From: the human T2T-CHM13v2.0 reference genome, Homo sapiens
DNA length: 64,000 bases
Assembly (NCBI RefSeq): GCF_009914755.1
Contig: NC_060941.1
Strand: one strand, 5' to 3'
This document shows, piece by piece, positions 21,870-57,124 of the stretch. A program made the translations under genes and the position numbers. Under the pieces are notes generated by a model. That model was not told the DNA's origin. It worked only from the letters and a program-made list of their open reading frames with translations, and ran no database searches. Each line of letters starts with the position of its first letter. The stretch's first letter is position 1.

Positions 21870-22379
21870 TGACTTATGGTAAACAGGCTTTGTGGGCTTA
21901 CTGAGGACTAAAACATTATCCATAACGTTTCTTGGTAAAGTTTTTGGAGACTTTTGGAATATGGCCTGTTTCATGGGCTGGAGACAGTCTGTATGAGAGA
22001 TAGTTACTGCCCTCCAGGAGCACTTGGCCTCTAGATCTGTGTCTTAATAGAGGACACCTTTTATTCGTATACCTGGGTCTTTTTGAGGTGGGGAGAGTGA
22101 GTGACCTCAGCCTGAGCTGAACAGGTGGTGGGTTGGCACTGGGGAGCACATGTTGGGAATACAGAGCTCCACGGGGCTCGTACCCAGAACTAATAGAGAT
22201 TTCTAAATGTAGGGCCGCTGGGTAGATCACTGTGATGATGAAGAGGACATGCAGAAGACTTCAGAATATTTGGTCTGCAGGAAAGATAGTCGAATAATTC
22301 AAAAGAAAGCCTCTTCAGAGGGAGGAGAGGAAGGCTGTCTCATTTCCCCCCACCCTTTAAAAATGTGTTGTTGTTGTTT

Positions 22380-22590
22380 TTTAATGTGATTAAGTATATG
22401 TAAGACTTACCATTATAACCATTTTTCAGCGTACACTTCTGTGGCATTAAGTGCATTCACATTGTTGTGCAACTGTAACCACTATCCATCTCCAGAACTT
22501 CTTCATCCTCCCCAAATGAAGCTCTGTACCCATTAAACACTGACTCTCTGAACCCTCCACCTTCCAGCCCCTGGCACCCACCATTCTGCA
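22380..22590 (-). mobile_element. L1M (L1MB-like) 3' fragment
   Basis: ttaccattataaccattttt...gtggcattaagtgcattcacattgttgtgcaac...catctccagaacttcttcatc...cagcccctggcacccaccattct. Confidence 0.75.
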
Positions 22591-23173
22591 TCTCATTGTC
22601 TTTTGTGTGTGCAGAGTTGAGCAGAGGGTCTGACCGAGCAGATGTTTAATATTTGTTGAGTCCGCCTAGGTGCATGTCTCAGAAGTCCATGTATCATCAG
22701 CCAACCCAGAACACAACCCCCCTCCCAGCTCTAATGCAAGATGACAGGCTTCTGAAAGGGATTTTAAATGAAATGGCTGTCTGGAATCACAAGAGGATTG
22801 GGCAGCAGCAAGAGAAGTTAAGGGTTTCTGTTCCGTATTCAGTTCCTTTTGCCACCCCCCAGCCATGACTTGCGTTCTGGTTCTGCTATGCTCATGTTCG
22901 TCATCTTGCTTGTTTTCAGCCTCTTACTTCATCTCATCCTGGGGGTCTGATGGGTAGGTGCTAGAGGAAGTTGGAAATAAGGTCGTTTAGGGGATGAAGA
23001 TCATAGAATGTAACAGCATTTCTGTATTAGTATGTGAGGGGTACATGTGTTAAAGGGCGGTCAACCCTCCTGGACCTCCAGGCCTCGACAGTTGAGAGCC
23101 AGGTCAGGCTCTGTATTCCTCTAGTGTTCATACTCCTGGACAGACCCAAAGCATGACCTGGAATTGAGTTGGA

Positions 23174-23476
23174 TTTTTTTTTTTTTTTGACAGAGAGTCT
23201 TGCTCTGTCACCCAGGCTGGAGTGCGGTGGCACAATCTTGGCTCAACTGCAGCCTCCACCCCTGGGTTCAAGCGATTCTCCTGCCTCAGCCTCCCAAGCA
23301 TAATAGCTGGGACTACAGGCATGCGTCACCACGCCCAGCTAATTTTTGTATTTTTAGTAGAGATGGAGGTTTTACTGTGGTGGCCAGGCTGGTCTCAAAC
23401 TCCTGACCTCAAGTGATCCACCTGCCTTGGCCTCCCAAAGTGCTGAGATTGCAGGCGTGAGCCACCGCATGTGGCT
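23174..23476 (-). mobile_element. AluS
   Basis: TSD tgagttggat on both sides. Confidence 0.9.
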
Positions 23477-24216
23477 GAGTTGGATATTTTAGAACACAGA
23501 TGAATGCAATGGCCTCCCTGGCCTCCTCACTTTCCCTCATCCTTGCTATTTACAGTTTCTCATTGACCTTCATGGGGAAGGAGGAAAAAGGGAGGGAGTG
23601 ACACACTTATTCTCCAGGTGGCCCAGGAAGAGAGGAGGGCAGGAGAGCCCCCTGTCTTAGAGGTCAAAATACAGGCCTCTAGCTGGTAGGCTGGGGTGGT
23701 ATCTTAGGGTACACTGTTGTGGGCTGTGCCCTTACATTACCAGGCAGAAGCCTGCAGTGCAAAAGACCTCTGCGTTTCCTCACAATAGTGTCAGATTGGA
23801 AGGATCAAGGGAAGACTCAAGGACTCATGAGGTCTTTTTTCTCTGTCTCCTTGTACAACCTTAGAGGAAGCTGCATGTATTTGATGACACCTTCCAGGAA
23901 CTGCCCAATACCGAATGGCCCTTCTCACCACAATTCCTCTTACTGCAGTCTAAAGCGTACTTTTTTCTTAGGCTGAGCCAGGTCTGAATGGCAGTCAGTT
24001 GTTTTCCTTGGACTGAGTCTCAGTCTACCCCACCCTAATGTTCAAAGTTTGAATGAAGGAATGTTCCAATTGATGACTCCTAGAGACACTAACATCCTTA
24101 GGTGTTATCCTACAGTCTGCCTGGATGTTGTTCCCATCACCATCGCCAATACAAGTAATAAGTGATTGAAGTGTTTGTGTTTAAAGCAGAGCCTCTATGG
24201 GCCATCTTATTATGAC

Positions 24217-26335
<2,119 letters not shown>

Positions 26336-27107
26336 TGTGCCTCAGTTTTGTCCTTTGTAAAATGAAGGTAACAAGACTCACCTAATAGGGATGTTGAGAG
26401 GATTAAATAAAAGGGATGTAAAGTGCTTAGTCTGGTAAATGCTCATTAGACAGGTGGTAGCTGCCCAACATCTCTTATTGCACAAAGTTCCCAGAAAGCG
26501 TGTCTCCTGGGGTTCTTTAACATTCCTCTCCCCCTGACTTAGTATTTTGTTTAAGAAAGAGAAAACCACCCAGTCTATTGATTTTAAGGTAAATGGCTGA
26601 GAGTGAGTCAGTGAGCCCCAGGTGTAGACCTGGAATTCTGTGGGCTTGGCTTCCCTTTCCCAGTCCTAGAGCCTCCTACCATCTCCTGAAAGTCTTCCAG
26701 CGTCACTGCAAGGAAGAGTAACTTCAAAATCTTCTATCTGAACACGAAACTCCTGTTTGTCCTGACTCAGGAATTCCGGCAATCACTGGGCAGTCACTCT
26801 GGCCCTGCGTGCTGTTTTCTGTAAAAGCTCTGGACCCACCCAGAGAAAGCATTCAGCCTGAGGGGAAAACCTATGCCTCACCCTTGGGGACACACAGCTT
26901 TGTTGGGATGTGAGAGACAAGACATTGGCACAGAAATGTATAAAGAGCTTTATTGAAAGGCACAGATTGAAGGCTGGGCGGCTCAGGATGCTGGGCTCCT
27001 TACTCTGCCTTGCCTGGAGATTTGAGATTCCTGCCTTGAGCCTTTGTGTGCTCCCCACCCCTGCTCCTCCCTTGGCTAACTCTTGCCTGTCCCTGTGGTC
27101 TCAGCGT

Positions 27108-27570
27108 GTTTTGTTTGTTTGTTTGAGATGGAGTTTTGCTCTTGTTGCCCAGGCTGGAGTGCAATGGTGCGATCTTGGCTCATCGCAACCTCCATCTCCT
27201 GGTTTAAGCGATTCTCCTGCCTCAGCCTCCCGAGTAGCTGGGATTACAGGCACCCGCCACCATGCCCGGCTAATTTTTTGTATGTTTAGTAGAGGTGGGG
27301 TTTCTCCATGTTGGTCAGGCTAGTCTCGAACTCCCGGCCTCAGGTGGTCCGCCCGCCTCGGCCTCCCAAAGCGCTGGGATTACAGGTGTGAGCCACCGCG
27401 CCCGGCTGGTCTCAGCTTAAACATCACTTCCTTAGCGAGCCTTTCCTGGCTCCCTTCCCATCTTGACCTCCCTTTAATCTTTCTTTTCTTCTTTTTTTTG
27501 AGACACTGTCTCCCTCTGTCATCCAGGCTGTAGTGCAGTGGCGCAAGCGTGGCTCACTGCAGCCTCCTTG
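27108..27570 (-). mobile_element. AluS plus Alu fragment within an L2-like element
   Basis: TSD tggtctcagc; L2 3' end (agactgtaagctccatgaagg...ttgttgaatgaatg) at ~27660-27770. Confidence 0.85.
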
Positions 27571-29253
27571 AATCGTTCTGATAGCACTCTGTATTTTTTC
27601 ATCAGAGTCTTTCACAGGTGTTGTGTAATTATGTCTTTAATGTCTGCTTCCTTGATTAGACTGTAAGCTCCATGAAGGAAGAAGGGACCATTTCTGTTTT
27701 GTTCAACGCCACGTTGTAGTATCTAGCAATGCCTCTACATAGCTGACACTCAGTGTTTGTTGAATGAATGCATGAGCTGGCTCACCAGGCCATAGATTTG
27801 GCATGAAAGGTGTCTGGGAAGGTTTCTTAGGATAAACAGGAGAGACAGGCCTGGTGAAAAGTTGAGTGAACATGTTTGCTCCATCCTGCTGGTCAGGAAG
27901 TTCCCCTTCTGTCTCACCTGCGTCTCTTCAGCTGTAATTTATCCTGGGTTGGTCCTTGGTGGGGCCAGAGAATGTCTGGTCTCCACCCTTTGGAGAGTAA
28001 CCCTGTTCTTTCTCAGAGTGTGATTCAGACAGTCCTTCCTCCCCTTCCTGCTGGCCCCCCCCGCCCTCTACCTGTTCTTCCTACAGCTGACTCAGCTTCA
28101 CACCCTCTCCCTCTCCTTCCAGGATCTCTTTTCCTGTCCCCTTGTCCTTCAGAGCTTTCCTTCCTAAGTTTTCTCTCATGGCCTGTCATTGGTCTTCTGG
28201 AATTCGAAATCATATGGGTACAGGTCACAAGTTTTCTTGGTCATGAAGCTTCTCTAGTCTCTTCCTTGGGTTTGTGGACACCTGACTCCCACAGAAGGAG
28301 GCTGGCAATAAGATATAATGATCTGTTTGTGCTGCAATTGAAAACCAGCAGCAAGAAGCCTTATTATTATCCAACCCCTCATTACTAGTGTTGTCCTCCT
28401 CCGTTAGCTTGGTATCTGCCAGCCTGAACGGGCCTGGCATCTCCTTTCTGCCCCCTCCCACTGCCATGCTGTGCCCTTCCTTGCTCTCTCTGGTGTCTGC
28501 TTCCCAGGGACTGGCCCTCCTCCCTGCCCCTGTCAGCCTGCCTCCGAGGCCACAGATCTGGTTTTCCTCCCTTCTGTCTCACCTGCCTTCCTCTCAATTC
28601 TACTTTTTATCTTGTTTCTTCTCTCCTGAACTGCCACACTTCACCCTAAATCCCAGTAACGCCAACAGTTTTGGTAAATCACTTTTTGCCACAGTTTTGC
28701 CTTGCTTTGTGGGAGCCAGTTTCTTCATAATGACTCTATGCAAATTTGTAGCATTTTATGGATTTTAAAATGTTTCCACATCGGTGAATTCTTGTGAAAT
28801 GGGCCTGGGTAGATAAGGAAAAGAACCTCCAAGAGGTTAAGTGATTTGCGGATTTGCCTAAATTATACAGAAGAGTCAGCACCAGTGCCCAGGCCTTCTG
28901 ATTCTTAGTGCAGTAAACACTAAGCACCATCATTCCATTTCACCACACTCCTGTCTTGCTGTTGTCCTCAGCTAAGAAAGCCTACCCCTGAGTTACCCTC
29001 TTCCATCTTAGAGCCTTCCTGCTCGCTGTCTGCCCCCCTGCGATGGGGACTTCTTTGGCCCTTCTCACCCAGCCCAGCCTCTGCCCGTTTCCTTCTCCTT
29101 TCCACTGCGCTGAGCTCTTTTCTCCTCCGAGAAGCCTTCCCTTCATCTCTCCTGGCCCCATTGTCTCCCGACCTCTTTGGGCCATTATTAGTGTTCCCGT
29201 GTGGTTTTTGCCAACCACGTAGGAATTCCCTGCCTTAAGAAAGTCCACTCTCG

Positions 29254-29560
<307 letters not shown>

Positions 29561-29732
29561 CTAAGAAAGTCCACTCTCTGGTAAAACATTTACCAAGCAT
29601 ATAAATTATGAGGTGCTGATTCATATGACAAAAAGGAGATTCACTTTTAGTAGCTGCTCTAGTGCATTCCACTTAAGTGAATATTCAAGGATTATTTTGG
29701 AAGGATGGAGATAATCCAAAACTAGTGTGAGA

Positions 29733-29804
29733 AACTGCTGCATTAAGGAAGGAGGGAGGTTTTTCTAGATAACTGCTGCATTAAGGAAGGAGGGAGGTTT
29801 TTCT
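29733..29804 (+). repeat. Perfect 34-bp direct duplication with a 4-bp spacer
   Basis: AACTGCTGCATTAAGGAAGGAGGGAGGTTTTTCT at 29733-29766 and 29771-29804. Confidence 0.95.
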
Positions 29805-30280
29805 TTTATTTCTGTATTCATTCATTCCACAGACAGGTATTGAGGGCAGCCCTGACCTCCAAGAACTTAGTCTAGCAGAGGAGACAGATAAGAGAATCAA
29901 TCACAAAAATGTAATTGGTGTCACGAAAGAGTCAGTACAGGGTATTGTGGGAGGAGAGGATTGTGAGGGGCACTTCCTGGAGGTGACATTGTCTCAGTGG
30001 AGGTCGGGAGGCACAGGCACGAGGCATCCAGGTAAAGAGGAGGAGAGTGATGAACAGCATGTGGAGACCCAGGAGTGAGAAGGAACAGAGAGAAAGCCAC
30101 TAGTTAGTGCAGTGTTCCTGCCCCTCTGCCTCATCCCCACACCAGCAAGAACCAAAAGGCACCAGCATGAGAATTGGCAAGGCTCCAGGTAAACCATAGC
30201 TGGGATATTCAGCTGTACAGCAGTCATATGTGAGCCTGAGGAAGAACCTGTTTGGCCCACAGAGGGAGACAGAATCTACT

Positions 30281-31685
30281 GGGTGGGGGCAGTGTGATTT
30301 GTGGGGGAGTGTGGTTGGTGGGGGGAGTGTGATTTGTGGGGGAGTGTGGTTGGTGGGGGAGTGTGATTGGTGGAGTGTGGTTGGTAGGGGAGTGTGGTTG
30401 GTGGGGGAGTGTGGTTGGTGGGGGAGTGTGGTTGGTGGGGGAGTGTGGTTGGTGGGGGAGTGTGGTTGGGGGAGTGTGGTTGGTGGGGGAGTGTGTTTGG
30501 TGGGGGAGTGTGTTTGGTGGGGGAGTGTGTTTGGTGGGGGAGTGTGTTTGGTGGGGGAGTGTGTTTGGTGGGGGAGTGTGGTTGGTGGGGGGAGTGTGGT
30601 TGGTGGGGGAGTGTGGTTGGTGGGGGAGTGTGGTTGGTGGGGGAGTGTGGTTTGTGGGGGAGTGTGGTTGGTGGGGGAGTGTGGTTGGGGGAGTGTGGTT
30701 GATGGGTGGAGTGTGGTTGAGGGGGAGTGTGGTTGAGGGGGAGTGTGGTTGGTGGGGGAGTGTGGTTGGTGGGGAGTGTGGTTGGTGGGGCAGTGTGGTT
30801 GATGGGAGTGTGGTTGATGGGGAGTGTGGTTGATGGGGGGAGTGTGGTTGGTGGGGGAGTGTGGTTGGTGGGGGAGTGTGGTTGGTGGGGGAGTGTGGTT
30901 GGTGGGGGAGTGTGGTTGATGGGGGGAGTGTGGTTGATGGGTGGAGTGTGTTTGGTGGGGGAGTGTGGTTTGTGGGGGAGTGTGGTTGGTGGGGGAGTGT
31001 GGTTGGTGGGGGAGTGTGGTTGGTGGGGGAGTGTGGTTGGTGGGGGAGTGTGATTTGTGGGGGAGTGTGGTTGTTGGGGGGAGTGTGGTTGAGGGGGAGT
31101 GTGGTTGGTGGGGAGTGTGGTTGGTGGAGGAGTGTGATTGATGGGGGAGTGTGGTTGGTGGGGGGAGTGTGGTTGGTGGGGAGAGTGTGGTTGAGGGGGA
31201 GTGTGGTTGGTGGGGGGAGTGTGGTTGATGGGGGGAGTGTGGTTGGTGGGGGAAGTGTGGTTGGGGGAGTGTGGTGGGGGGAGGGTGGTTGGTGGGGGAG
31301 TGTGGTTGGTGGGGGAGTGTGGTTGGTGGGGGAGTGTGGTTGAGGGGGAGTGTGGTTGGTGGGGGGAGTGTGGTTGGTGGGGGGAGTGTGGTTGGTGGGA
31401 AGAGTGTGGTTGGTGAGGGAGTGTGGTTGGTGGGAAGAGTGTGGTTGGTGGGGGGAATGTGGTTGGTAGGTAGAGTGGTTGGTGGGGGAGTGTGGTTGGT
31501 GGGAAGAGTGTGGTTGGTGGGGGAGTGTGGTTGGTGGGAAGAGTGTGGTTGGGGGGAGTGTGGTTGGTGGGAAGAGTGTGGTTGGGGGAGTGTGGTTGGT
31601 GGAGTGTGGTTGAGGGGGAGTGTGGTTGGTGGGGGGAGTGTGGTTGGTGGGAAGAGTGTGGTTGGTGGGGGAGTGTGGTTGTTGC
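30281..31685 (+). repeat. G-rich minisatellite, ~17-bp unit GGGGGAGTGTGGTTGGT, ~80 copies
   Basis: Directly visible; almost no C on the + strand; variant units occur in blocks. Confidence 0.97.
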
Positions 31686-33053
31686 TGTGTGCCATCGGAA
31701 GGCTATGCAAGTTTGAGCGCTTGCTTCACCTTGACAAACATTTCACTTGTTAGAGCCCTGGCTTTCTCATCTGTGCTCTGAGCTAGTCATTCCTGCCAAG
31801 CTTCCCTGCAGGTTTAAGTGCAGATGCAGTCATGACTGTGAAAGCACCCTGTGAACTGTAAAGTCTGGGCAGTTGGGTGGTGGTAGGAGAGGCAGCAACT
31901 GTGAGAGGATGAACTTGATTCTGCTGATCTCGGACGGAAACTGATTCTTGGGAGAGAGACAGAATCAAACGGCTCTGACATTTGAAAAGCCATGGCCTCG
32001 CTTACCTACAGTGAGACTTGAGAAGAAGTGCTGGGGAGGTAAAGGCTGAGATACCACCTCCGCTGCCTGAAAGACTTTGCAAGATACTCCAGCTGGGGAT
32101 AGGAGATGGCTAGAATGACCTCCAACTATCTTCACACCCGAGGCTGGGGCTGCCCTTCCAGGCCTGCAGTTCTGTATTTTCCCTTAGAAGGTTCTGGAGG
32201 CAGACGGAACCTCAGAAGCAAACGGTTTATTTTTTAGGTTTTTCAGTTTATTTTTAAATTTCTGACTGTGATGGTGTTTATTTTTTCCTTTTCCCTTTCC
32301 CCACTTCCCCGGCTCAGCATCAGAAAGGGACCATCTGTCCGTTGCCTTGCTGTGGCCATTTTAGAACCAGCGCAAGGCTGCTTGAATCTGGTCCCCTCTT
32401 CTCCCTCACTCCCTCCCCCACCACCTGGCTTTCTCTACTCTGCACTGCCTGCTTTCATCCAGCTCCCTCCAGGTGTCAGCTGCCACCTCCTATAGGCCTC
32501 CATCTGTGAAGACCTCCAGGCTGAGTCCAGCCACCAGACCAGGGCCCCTGTCTGAGGCAGCCAGATCTGTGGGGAACCTAGACATGGAGGCAGCAAAATT
32601 ACCCTTTGAGAGGAGGAGGGCAATAAATTCCAGTCTCCTTGCTCCAGGCAGGGCCCCTCTGCTCTGACTGGTTTCTGATGAGAATGGTATGTGTATTCAT
32701 GTATGTGTCATGTCCTGACTTGTTTCTGCCTCTGCATGTACCTGCAAGTCAGTGTGTGTGTGCATGCGTGTGTCTCACACATCCCTCTGGCATAGAGATC
32801 CATGAGTGATTTATAAACTGCCTTTCCTCCCATCACATAAATATTTTTCCTGGTTTCTTCGCCTTCCTTCTACTTCTAGAACTGGCCTGATTTCCTCCCC
32901 TCCAGTGCTTCATTCCCATAAAAACACTTCAAAACACAGGTAGCCATCGATAGACAGAGGACAAGTACTTCACGTTGTGGATTCAGAATAAAAAGATCCG
33001 GTTGAGTTCCACAGTGTGAGAGGCAGGGTTAGCAGAGTGGAGAGTCTGTTTCA

Positions 33054-34180
<1,127 letters not shown>

Positions 34181-34625
34181 TCCAGTTGATGGTGGTATAT
34201 CATGGACAGTAGGAAATTGATGAGGGTATCAGCCTGCTTTCTCTCTTCCTTTCATTTGCTCAGTGGAGAGATGCTGGTGACCCCTTCTCCTTCTCTCGCC
34301 ATAGGAACATTTAATCTGTCTCATGCTTTGGCTTTGGGCCTGCCATTCACCCCAAGCACCTTGGGGTATAAGTGGGGATGATGCTGTCTACCTGCTTCCT
34401 AGTTGGCTCTGGGGTAAATGGAGACTTCTTCAGGCCTGGGAGGCCACCTCCCATTGAGAAAGGCAAGCATCTCGCGCTCTACTTACCCTCTGGGTCCTTG
34501 AGGGGCTGTGTCCAGTATCTCTGCTTGGGTAGGAAGGAGGTGATCTTATCAGACTTTTCCTGCCACTTCCCTGTCTCCAGCTCACACACCCACTCCCGTT
34601 TTCTCTCTCTTACGTACTCACACTC

Positions 34626-36048
<1,423 letters not shown>

Positions 36049-36669
36049 TGAAGGGTGCCTAAGACACCACCCTTCTGTCAGAATACTTGCCCCTACTTCC
36101 AAATCTCTGCCAGTACTGTATCCTTGTGGAACTTAACTTAAATTGTTGGGGAGACCCCATCTGTCCTTTGTCTCTCAGGCCCTTATCCCTTCCCCTGTGG
36201 TGGCTTCAGAATATCTCCTACAGATGGGGTTTAGGTTTAGTAATCTGGTGGTACTGGGGCTAAGGGATAGGTTTTAAAGCTCCATTTGCATAGCAGTCAC
36301 TATTTTAACACTTAGATTGTTGGTGTTTTGGGGTGTCTTTAAGGGAGCTGATGAATTTATGGGAGGCTAAATATCCCCTCCCCCACTGGGTATAGCCACT
36401 GCCTTTGCCCCCCTCTTCCTCTCTGTGTGGGCCTTCTGGATTACAGGAAGAGCTCAGGAAAACAGGCCTATTGTTTTCATCTGGGAGGGGGGAGGGCCTC
36501 CCAGGCCAGCTCAGGCTCACTGTCCTTTGAACTGGTACCCGATAAACAGAGGCTCCAAGACGCTGGCAGCCTTGTTCTTCCAAGGCAAGGGAGTTATTTG
36601 GCTTGAGACTTTATTCTGTTCTGCCAGCTCTTGTTGGTTCCCTGTTTATTTTTTTTTAATTTAAATTTA

Positions 36670-41245
<4,576 letters not shown>

Positions 41246-41942
41246 CCTTCTCACTTCACATGCCAAGGGAAAAGAAAAGAGAAAAGAAAAAGAATCTTGT
41301 TCGAACCTAGGCACCTGAATGGCAGCCCAGACAGTTCCTTGGAACTGGAACCATAGGGTGGTTCTGGGTTAATGGTAACAGCGGGGGATAGCTAGAGTCA
41401 GTTGGTCACTCTCCCGCTTCTGTCTCCCCCTGCAGTTCCCATGCCCTCTCCTTCCATGTCTGCTGTGCTCTCTGTGTACAGTGTGGCCACTCTGCCCACT
41501 CATGGCCTCTGCTTTCCTTTACCTGAGATAATAATGGGCTCTCCAGCCTTGACTCTCCATGCACTCTTTGGCATCTTCCCTTTTATTTGAAATGGCTGAA
41601 GGGGAAGTTTGCCTTAGGTTACCTTTTTTCCTTCAATCTTGGACTGGCTCCCTGGGGTCAGGAACTCATGTCTTAAACTGTTGCTGGGGCTAGAAAGGGG
41701 AGGAAATGGTGGAAAACCCGGTCCTTTAGGCAACAGGAGCTATGAGCCAGGCAAAGCACACTGCAGGCCTTGAGGTCAGATTTTTCAGTCAAATCTTGGC
41801 TCTACCACTTCCTAGCCTGGGCAAGTGTTCAATTGTTGTAAACTTTTTCACCTGTGAAATGAGTATAACAATAGTACCCACTTCAAAGTTTGTCATGTGA
41901 GATTATACTTCTAAAGTGCTCGGCAGTACCAGGAACAAATGA

Positions 41943-50035
<8,093 letters not shown>

Positions 50036-50050
50036 AGATGGGGTAGGGAG

Positions 50051-50965
<915 letters not shown>

Positions 50966-51454
50966 TCAACTCCTCAAACATCCACCCTTTTTGGCTTCTT
51001 CCCCTCCATGATGATGAACAATCTTCCCTATTTTGAAAACCCTATTGTCTGACTTTGCTGCCAGCTCTAGCTGTCATCTGATTTTCCCCCTTCCTCTCAA
51101 GGTTAGACTTCTCCAGAAAGGGTGCTGCCCTCATTTCCTCAGCACAGCCCTGTCTCCTCCAGCCCCCGCTGTCTGCCCTCTGCTCACACAGCGGCAGTTC
51201 CCAGTGGTTTCCGAGCTGCTGAAGTCAGTGGGATTTTTTTCAGTGCCCTCTGGCTGCTCTGCCGCATTCGAGGCCATCACTCCCCTTATCCCCCTGCAGC
51301 CTCCATGACCATCTCCTCTTCTGGCGTCTGTTCTGCTGCTCTCACGTGTTGCCCTTGGCCATCCACATTCTCCCTAGATATCTTGTTTGTATCTCCAACT
51401 CTTACACTCACGAATGTCTGTAAATTGTATTTACAGATCCTTGTTTCTAACTGC

Positions 51455-55288
<3,834 letters not shown>

Positions 55289-55846
55289 AGCCATCATTCT
55301 GCAGGAGGTGCAGGAGTGTGGACAGTACTGGGCTGTATCTCTCTTCAGCTTGCAGCTCCACCTCCCAATTTCTTTCTCTCAAAAAAAAAAGGTTCTGCCA
55401 GGAGGGTGTGGGTGGCCTCCCGACCGCAGCTGTGTTGCTGAGGCCTGGCCTGCCTGCTCTTGGCCCAGGGGGAGGACGAGCCTCTTTAGAGGCTTTGTTT
55501 GAGCCCTTCGGGCTGTCTCCTTCTGGCACTGCTTGGCTCAGAAAAGTAGGAACAGAAAGTTCTCCCTTCTCAGAGGCCCTTTCTCACCATCACCTGCTGA
55601 CTCCCTCCGTCCAGGTCCCTTTGGCCCCAATTGCCTCAAACCCTGGCCTGGAAGCCCTCAGTCTCAGGGGGACTGGGAAGAAGGAAGGACAAAAGGATGG
55701 TGGCCCTGAAATTCCTGCTCCCTGCTAGCTTTCCTCATCCCTGCTTTTAAGAAGTAAGATAATAATAATGGTCATTAACTTTTATTGGGCACACGCTCTG
55801 ATGCCAGGAACCATCTGAAGCATTTGATGGGCATTTCTTCACTTAA

Positions 55847-56291
<445 letters not shown>

Positions 56292-56498
56292 ACTCACTTC
56301 TTCCAACTTTTCCCGTAGAACATTCACTCTGAACCAATCCAGGAAAAGGGCAGCCAGCCACCAGGGTTCCTGCCACGTGCCCTCCTGATATGCTGGTCTT
56401 CACTCCCATATCTTGACTGGATACCACTTTACCCCCCTCTAGCTCTGTAATCCTTTTCTAAAGTCTTGACACAGTATTCTTCTGTCTCCTGCCCCTAG

Positions 56499-56675
<177 letters not shown>

Positions 56676-57124
56676 TAGAGTCTAGGGCCCTGGAAAGGTA
56701 GAGTGGGGGAGAGGAAAGAGCACCCAGAAGGAGGTACTGTTGATGCCTCTCTCTACCTGAGTGCAGAGCCAGTCCCGGACATGGTGGGAACAGGCCAGCA
56801 GCCAGGCAGGGTGGCCTGCAGCAGTGAGAGCAGGTGGAAGGGCATACGGCCTTGTGTGTCAGAACTCTCCTGGGATTCAGAGAGAGCTAAGGCCAGAGAT
56901 GTGGGTTTGGCCTCTCCCCAGACCACAAAGAGACCCAGGACTTTGAGGTAGTGGGACCTAATGGGTGGCCTTCTGCAGAGGGGATGTGGCCTCTGCTCCC
57001 ACAGCTGGCCTGCTGGGGCCAGAGCTCAGGCTTTTGGCTTTTGAGCTGCCTCTGTCCCTGACAGAAGTGGCAGGTTCTCAGCCACTGATGGTAGCTTTTA
57101 GGTTGGCCAGCCCAGCCCTCTCGT

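Noticed and set aside
30281-31685. Genomic thrombin-binding aptamer or interstitial telomere
   Set aside because: The exact GGTTGGTGTGGTTGG was not seen (the loop here is ~11 nt) and there are no TTAGGG units.
30100-31753. 536-aa Pro/Thr/His-rich ORF on the - strand and several Gly/Val/Trp ORFs on the + strand
   Set aside because: Artefacts of the 17-bp repeat. Its composition almost excludes TTA/CTA/TCA on the + strand, so - frames stay open; the peptide pattern shifts with unit length; there is no splice or promoter support.
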